DNA from: Candidatus Eiseniibacteriota bacterium
GTDB taxonomy: Bacteria > Eisenbacteria > RBG-16-71-46 > JABDJR01 > JAWXBZ01
Assembly: GCA_034440375.1 (NCBI GenBank)
Contig: JAWXBZ010000246.1
Location: 1 to 10,695, forward strand
Direction of reading: 5' to 3'
DNA: 10,695 nucleotides
Below are positions 7,292 to 10,695 of this stretch, piece after piece. How positions within the stretch are numbered: the stretch's first letter is position 1; each line of letters starts with the position of its first letter. A model generated the notes under the pieces. It saw only the letters and a list, made by a program, of their open reading frames with translations, was not told the origin of the DNA and ran no database searches. A program made the position numbers and the translations under genes.

Positions 7292-7338
7292 TTGATCGAC
7301 CTCTCGGGGATCGCCTGGGGGGTCGGTCGGCTTTGTGG
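7292..7338 (+). terminator. Terminator-like hairpin after the plus-strand cassette
   Basis: 7294-7308 pairs with 7314-7328 over 15 bp, using 4 G-U pairs that work only in the + transcript. The U-tract is weak (CTTTGT). Confidence 0.5.
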
Positions 7339-7343
7339 CACCG

Positions 7344-7552
7344 AATTTTTATAATTAGTTTTGCTTATGCTATGTCTCATTTTTGTGCGCAGTTCCTTAT
7401 GATAGAGATTGATCAACTTCCCTCTTTGGGATTCCGGCTCGGTTTCAGATCGCCCGTCCGCGTAGACAGGACAGTTAGGACAGTCCTAGCTAATCTTTTC
7501 TATATTCCCCTCTCACGTGAGGAAGTTACGGATAACTGTCCTAACTGTCCTG
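7344..7552. other. Putative replication origin (inverted iterons plus AT-rich tract)
   Basis: Perfect 18-bp inverted repeat CAGGACAGTTAGGACAGT (7467-7484) / ACTGTCCTAACTGTCCTG (7535-7552), each arm containing tandem AGGACAGT(T) units. The spacer contains the palindrome CTCACGTGAG (7512-7521). An AT-rich tract lies at about 7344-7420, and the whole structure is directly downstream of the primase-helicase gene. Confidence 0.7.
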
Positions 7553-7636
7553 CTTGACCACTGCGAGTCCCGGGACGTGCCCTCGTATCTCCCTTTACAA
7601 AAATCAGATACGGGCCTTGTGCGATGCCGTAAGCTC

Positions 7637-10195
7637 TCATGTGTCCCCCTCGCCATCATTGGCCCCGAGGCCGAGCCCGATTCGCCACACCTTCCCGCCC
7701 TTCCTCTCGCTGGCAAATCCGCGCTCGGTCAGCTGCGTGCCGAATTCGGTCTGGCTAACTGGTTCCTCCCTTGCGTCGCGGCAGGTTTTCGCATAGGTCT
7801 GGTAGAGCGCGGTGGCGAGCACCCGGACTTTCGGATCGATCACGCACATCTCGTCGATGAAGCCACCCAGTGCATCCATCTCCCGACGGTAGTCGTCCGT
7901 AGCGGCCAGAACGGCGGCCGGCGGCGCGAGACCGCCTATGTCCTGCCACTCGGCACAGCCCGCCAGCGCCCATCGAAGGATTCCCGGGGCTTCTTCCTTC
8001 AGCTTCGCCAGGAGGCCAGGGTCCTTATCTTCCGGCGCAACCTTGACCGTGAACGGGATCAGGTGAATGCGCCTCCAGATGGCGTGGTCACTCCCGCGGA
8101 CCACCGGTCGATGATTGACCGCCAGGATGACCTTGTGGGTCGGATCGAACTCGAAGTAGTTCTGGTACAGGCGCCGCGCCCGGATCTTGTCGCCGCCGGT
8201 CAGCTGCTTCACCAGCGCCTCCGCCAGATGCGCCCCGGCCTCGGTTTCAATCCCTGTAACGAGCCGCTTCCCCTTGAGATCGGCCACGCCTGTCGGGTGG
8301 CAGTCCTTGCGTTGGACGAGGAGCAGGTCGGGGGGCGCCTGCATGGCATAGTCGCCCATGAGATAGAGCAGGAGCCGCAGAAGCGTCGACTTTCCGTTCT
8401 CGCCAAGGCCGTAGAAAATGAACAGAGCCTGCTCGACATCGCTTCCCGTCAGGCAGTACCCGATGACGCGCTGTAGGTACGCCACGAGCTCCTGGTCTTG
8501 ACCCATTGCGTAGTTGATGAACTTGATGAAGGTTGGGCACTCGGCGATTGGGTCGAACGCCACCGGGGCCAGACAGGTCAGCAAGTCCTCCCGACTGTGG
8601 AGCCTCAGAGGCCCCCCGCTGGGAAGACGAAGGTCCAGGGTGCCGTTTTCGATGTTCAGCAGCAGTGCGTCCTTGTCCAAGTCCGCAGGCAACACGTAAA
8701 TCCCAGGCTCCGACTTGGCCAAATCAATGGCAGCGCGAATGCGGGGTTCCCGCTCAGAGGACTGTGAGTGCTTGAAGAGCGCCTTGGCCTCCTCCATGTC
8801 GGTGACATTCGCCAATTCGGCGTAGATACTCCGAACGGACTCCTTGGCACGCCGCTCGACTTCGCCCGTGTCGTCGAATCGCCAGCGCCGTCCGTCCCAG
8901 GCGTACCAATGCTTGGCAGGATGGCAGTACCGGAGGTCTTCCCCGTGACGAGAGACCAGGCGCTCGGCGTTGCCGTAGTCGGTCAACCGAAACCGATCGG
9001 GACCTGTCGGCGAGGACGGCTGCCTGCCTGAAGTCCCATTCCGTGACGCCCCGGAAGCCACCATGGGCTGGCTAAGCCCCGCCTCACGGGCCAAAGCCGA
9101 CACCGCCTCCGTGAAACCCACGCTATGACGGAATCGATAGAGGTCGATGACATCCCCCACCGTTTGTCCTTTGGCATTCTCGACTCCGACCGGCCCTGAC
9201 CCGTGGCCGTCCACCCACAACCTAGTCCCGTCCGGTGCCTCGTAAATCCAGAACGACGGCGACCCATCGGGGTGAAAGGGGCAGAGCCACCTGCGGCCAC
9301 CAGAGGGCTTCGCGCCGAGATCTCTCAGGAGAGGTTCCAAGCCAACGACCTTGCGGAGTTCCGACACCACGTCGCCCTGCTCACCACGAAATCCTCGAGC
9401 CGCAGCCGAAATGTCTCCGGGCAAGGTGTCGCCATTCGGATTCCAGGGGCACGCCCGAAGCAGGGTTCGGTGATGCGTCGTCCAGTCACGCCAGAGAGCA
9501 AGAAGCTCCGATGGCGGCTCCGTGATGGCGGCATCCCAAGGCGCCCGAAGCCAGCGGTAGGGCCGCTTTGTCGACGGGTGGCCGCTGGGCGGCAAGACAT
9601 CCTGGAGCGGCCCGGCTCGGAGTTCGACGATGGGCACGGCCTTCTCGCCTGCACGTTTAGGGGGCCAAGTGAGCTTTCGAGTCGGGAGTTCAACTCCATC
9701 AGGGAGTCGAAACAGGATCTTGGCTCTGGCTGGATTTCCTTCAATTCGGATGCTCAGGGTCAACAAGGCTTCGAGATCGAGCCCGACAGCCGCGAAGGCC
9801 ACCCGGGCACCTTCTGTGTAATCGACGTCCAGCGACACCAGTCGTGAAGGTCCGAGGACCACTCCCATGTTCTGGTCGTTGCGCCAGACCCTCTCGGCCT
9901 GGTCCGGGTCGGTGACAAAGCCAGTGGGGTTCGCCTGCGATCGCGGCTGGTTCCATCCGACCCCGATCGGCCCCTTCACGCCGCGCGGAATCGGTGTCAG
10001 AGCCCAGCCCAATGCTTGGGTGTAATACCTGGCCCAAACCTCAGAGGGCGCATCCTCGGCCGGAATCGGAATGGCCGGAGCTTCAATGAGGCGTGCGCGT
10101 GGGTCCGCGGTTGGGTCCTGAGAGAGGAGAGGGGCGCGCACCACGGTTTTGTCAGTTGTCACAGGTTGCTTGTACTCACGGAGGTCAGGATTCAT
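7637..10195 (-). CDS. Phage/plasmid primase-helicase: bifunctional Prim-Pol (AEP) + CHC2-like zinc finger + D5_N + P4/D5-type SF3 helicase (852 aa)
   Basis: Prim-Pol motifs (KGP..GW, NMGVVLG..LVSLDVD, ELR...VLPPSGHP...YRW), CPFH..SPSF, D5_N (LTDYGNAERL), Walker A GLGENGKST, Walker B LVTGIE, motif C LAVNHRP and IWRRI. ATG 10195 is preferred over 10264. Confidence 0.93.
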   Translation of the reverse strand: MNPDLREYKQPVTTDKTVVRAPLLSQDPTADPRARLIEAPAIPIPAEDAPSEVWARYYTQALGWALTPIPRGVKGPIGVGWNQPRSQANPTGFVTDPDQAERVWRNDQNMGVVLGPSRLVSLDVDYTEGARVAFAAVGLDLEALLTLSIRIEGNPARAKILFRLPDGVELPTRKLTWPPKRAGEKAVPIVELRAGPLQDVLPPSGHPSTKRPYRWLRAPWDAAITEPPSELLALWRDWTTHHRTLLRACPWNPNGDTLPGDISAAARGFRGEQGDVVSELRKVVGLEPLLRDLGAKPSGGRRWLCPFHPDGSPSFWIYEAPDGTRLWVDGHGSGPVGVENAKGQTVGDVIDLYRFRHSVGFTEAVSALAREAGLSQPMVASGASRNGTSGRQPSSPTGPDRFRLTDYGNAERLVSRHGEDLRYCHPAKHWYAWDGRRWRFDDTGEVERRAKESVRSIYAELANVTDMEEAKALFKHSQSSEREPRIRAAIDLAKSEPGIYVLPADLDKDALLLNIENGTLDLRLPSGGPLRLHSREDLLTCLAPVAFDPIAECPTFIKFINYAMGQDQELVAYLQRVIGYCLTGSDVEQALFIFYGLGENGKSTLLRLLLYLMGDYAMQAPPDLLLVQRKDCHPTGVADLKGKRLVTGIETEAGAHLAEALVKQLTGGDKIRARRLYQNYFEFDPTHKVILAVNHRPVVRGSDHAIWRRIHLIPFTVKVAPEDKDPGLLAKLKEEAPGILRWALAGCAEWQDIGGLAPPAAVLAATDDYRREMDALGGFIDEMCVIDPKVRVLATALYQTYAKTCRDAREEPVSQTEFGTQLTERGFASERKGGKVWRIGLGLGANDGEGDT

Positions 10196-10436
10196 TGACC
10201 ACCCCCGATGAATCGCATTCCCCAGCACAGCCACACTCGCCGCACGAGCATGGAGGGTTAGCACGCTCCCATGCCCGAAGCAGCAGCATTACTTCGACCA
10301 TCAGGTTTTGCGTGCTGGCCGGAAGCCGCTCGATTTGTTTCGCAAGATGTTGCGGCGCAGGAGTTCCACGTTCGGATTCAAGTCGTTGCAGCGGTTCGCT
10401 TGCAAACGAGGAAGCCGAAGACCGAGTCGGGGTCAT
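10185..10436 (-). CDS. Small hypothetical protein with a Cys-rich C-terminus (83 aa)
   Basis: AAAGGG upstream of ATG 10436; the stop overlaps the primase start region; tail CSCGECGCAGEC. Confidence 0.4.
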   Translation of the reverse strand: MTPTRSSASSFASEPLQRLESERGTPAPQHLAKQIERLPASTQNLMVEVMLLLRAWERANPPCSCGECGCAGECDSSGVVNES

Positions 10437-10547
10437 TGACCACAACCCTTTCTGGTCTTCGGCTTCGGAATCACACCGATAGTCGGTGACCTAAACTGTC
10501 TTGTTGAAAGGCGCCCCAATCACAGGGATCACCGAAATCGGATCGAG

Positions 10548-10694
10548 CTAGCTGACTTCCTCTTCGGGAATTACGAACTGATGGCTCTTGCCCGCCTGAA
10601 TGGTGAGGCAACGCTTGGAGCCTTTGGTCAGTTCGCAGTGCAACCTATAGTCGAAAAAGCCGTGGGCGAGGCCCGATTCGATTTCTCGAATGAG
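10548..10694 (-). CDS. Partial CDS (C-terminus), small conserved-looking hypothetical protein
   Basis: Manual translation: ...LIREIESGLAHGFFDYRLHCELTKGSKRCLTIQAGKSHQFVIPEEEVS*. Open from the window edge to TAG at 10548-10550; not in the ORF track. Confidence 0.7.
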   Translation of the reverse strand, partial: LIREIESGLAHGFFDYRLHCELTKGSKRCLTIQAGKSHQFVIPEEEVS

Positions 10695-10695
10695 C

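Larger units (their letters stand above)
322..10695. mobile_element. Phage-derived element (cryptic prophage or satellite-like); boundaries not resolved
   Basis: Co-occurrence of a primase-helicase with origin, MTase-ParB-terminase operon, TA module and tyrosine recombinase, with no housekeeping genes. No att sites were identified. Confidence 0.8.

Noticed and set aside
7517-8476. 319-aa plus-strand ORF
   Set aside because: Antisense shadow of the helicase domain; it starts inside the origin repeats.
10343-10403. Imperfect repeats CAAGATGTTGCGGCGC / CAAGTCGTTGCAGCGG, vaguely like Xer-type recombinase half-sites
   Set aside because: Only 12 of 16 positions match and dyad symmetry is poor; insufficient to call a site.
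1-10695. CRISPR array, tRNA/att site, IS element or restriction endonuclease partner for the MTase
   Set aside because: No regularly spaced repeat-spacer units, tRNA-like cloverleaf, transposase or nuclease-like ORF was recognised in the window.

Overview
GC-rich window that appears to lie entirely within a phage-derived mobile element (cryptic prophage or phage satellite). The minus strand carries, from right to left, a partial small conserved ORF, a small Cys-rich ORF and a large Prim-Pol/zinc-finger/D5-type SF3 primase-helicase followed by an iteron-like origin. A short plus-strand cassette of small genes comes next. Then follows a tightly coupled minus-strand operon: DNA adenine methyltransferase, ParB/Srx-domain protein, small zinc-finger protein, HTH small-terminase-like protein and lambda gpA-like large terminase. 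No portal, capsid or tail gene follows the terminase. It abuts a convergent DUF4258/MqsA-like toxin-antitoxin pair, which is preceded by a catalytic-domain-only tyrosine recombinase and an inverted-repeat array. Notable details are a likely +1 frameshift near the large terminase start, phased repeats upstream of the small terminase gene and a nested in-frame gene start. All family calls come from motif recognition by eye; no database searches were run. No tRNA, rRNA or CRISPR array was seen.
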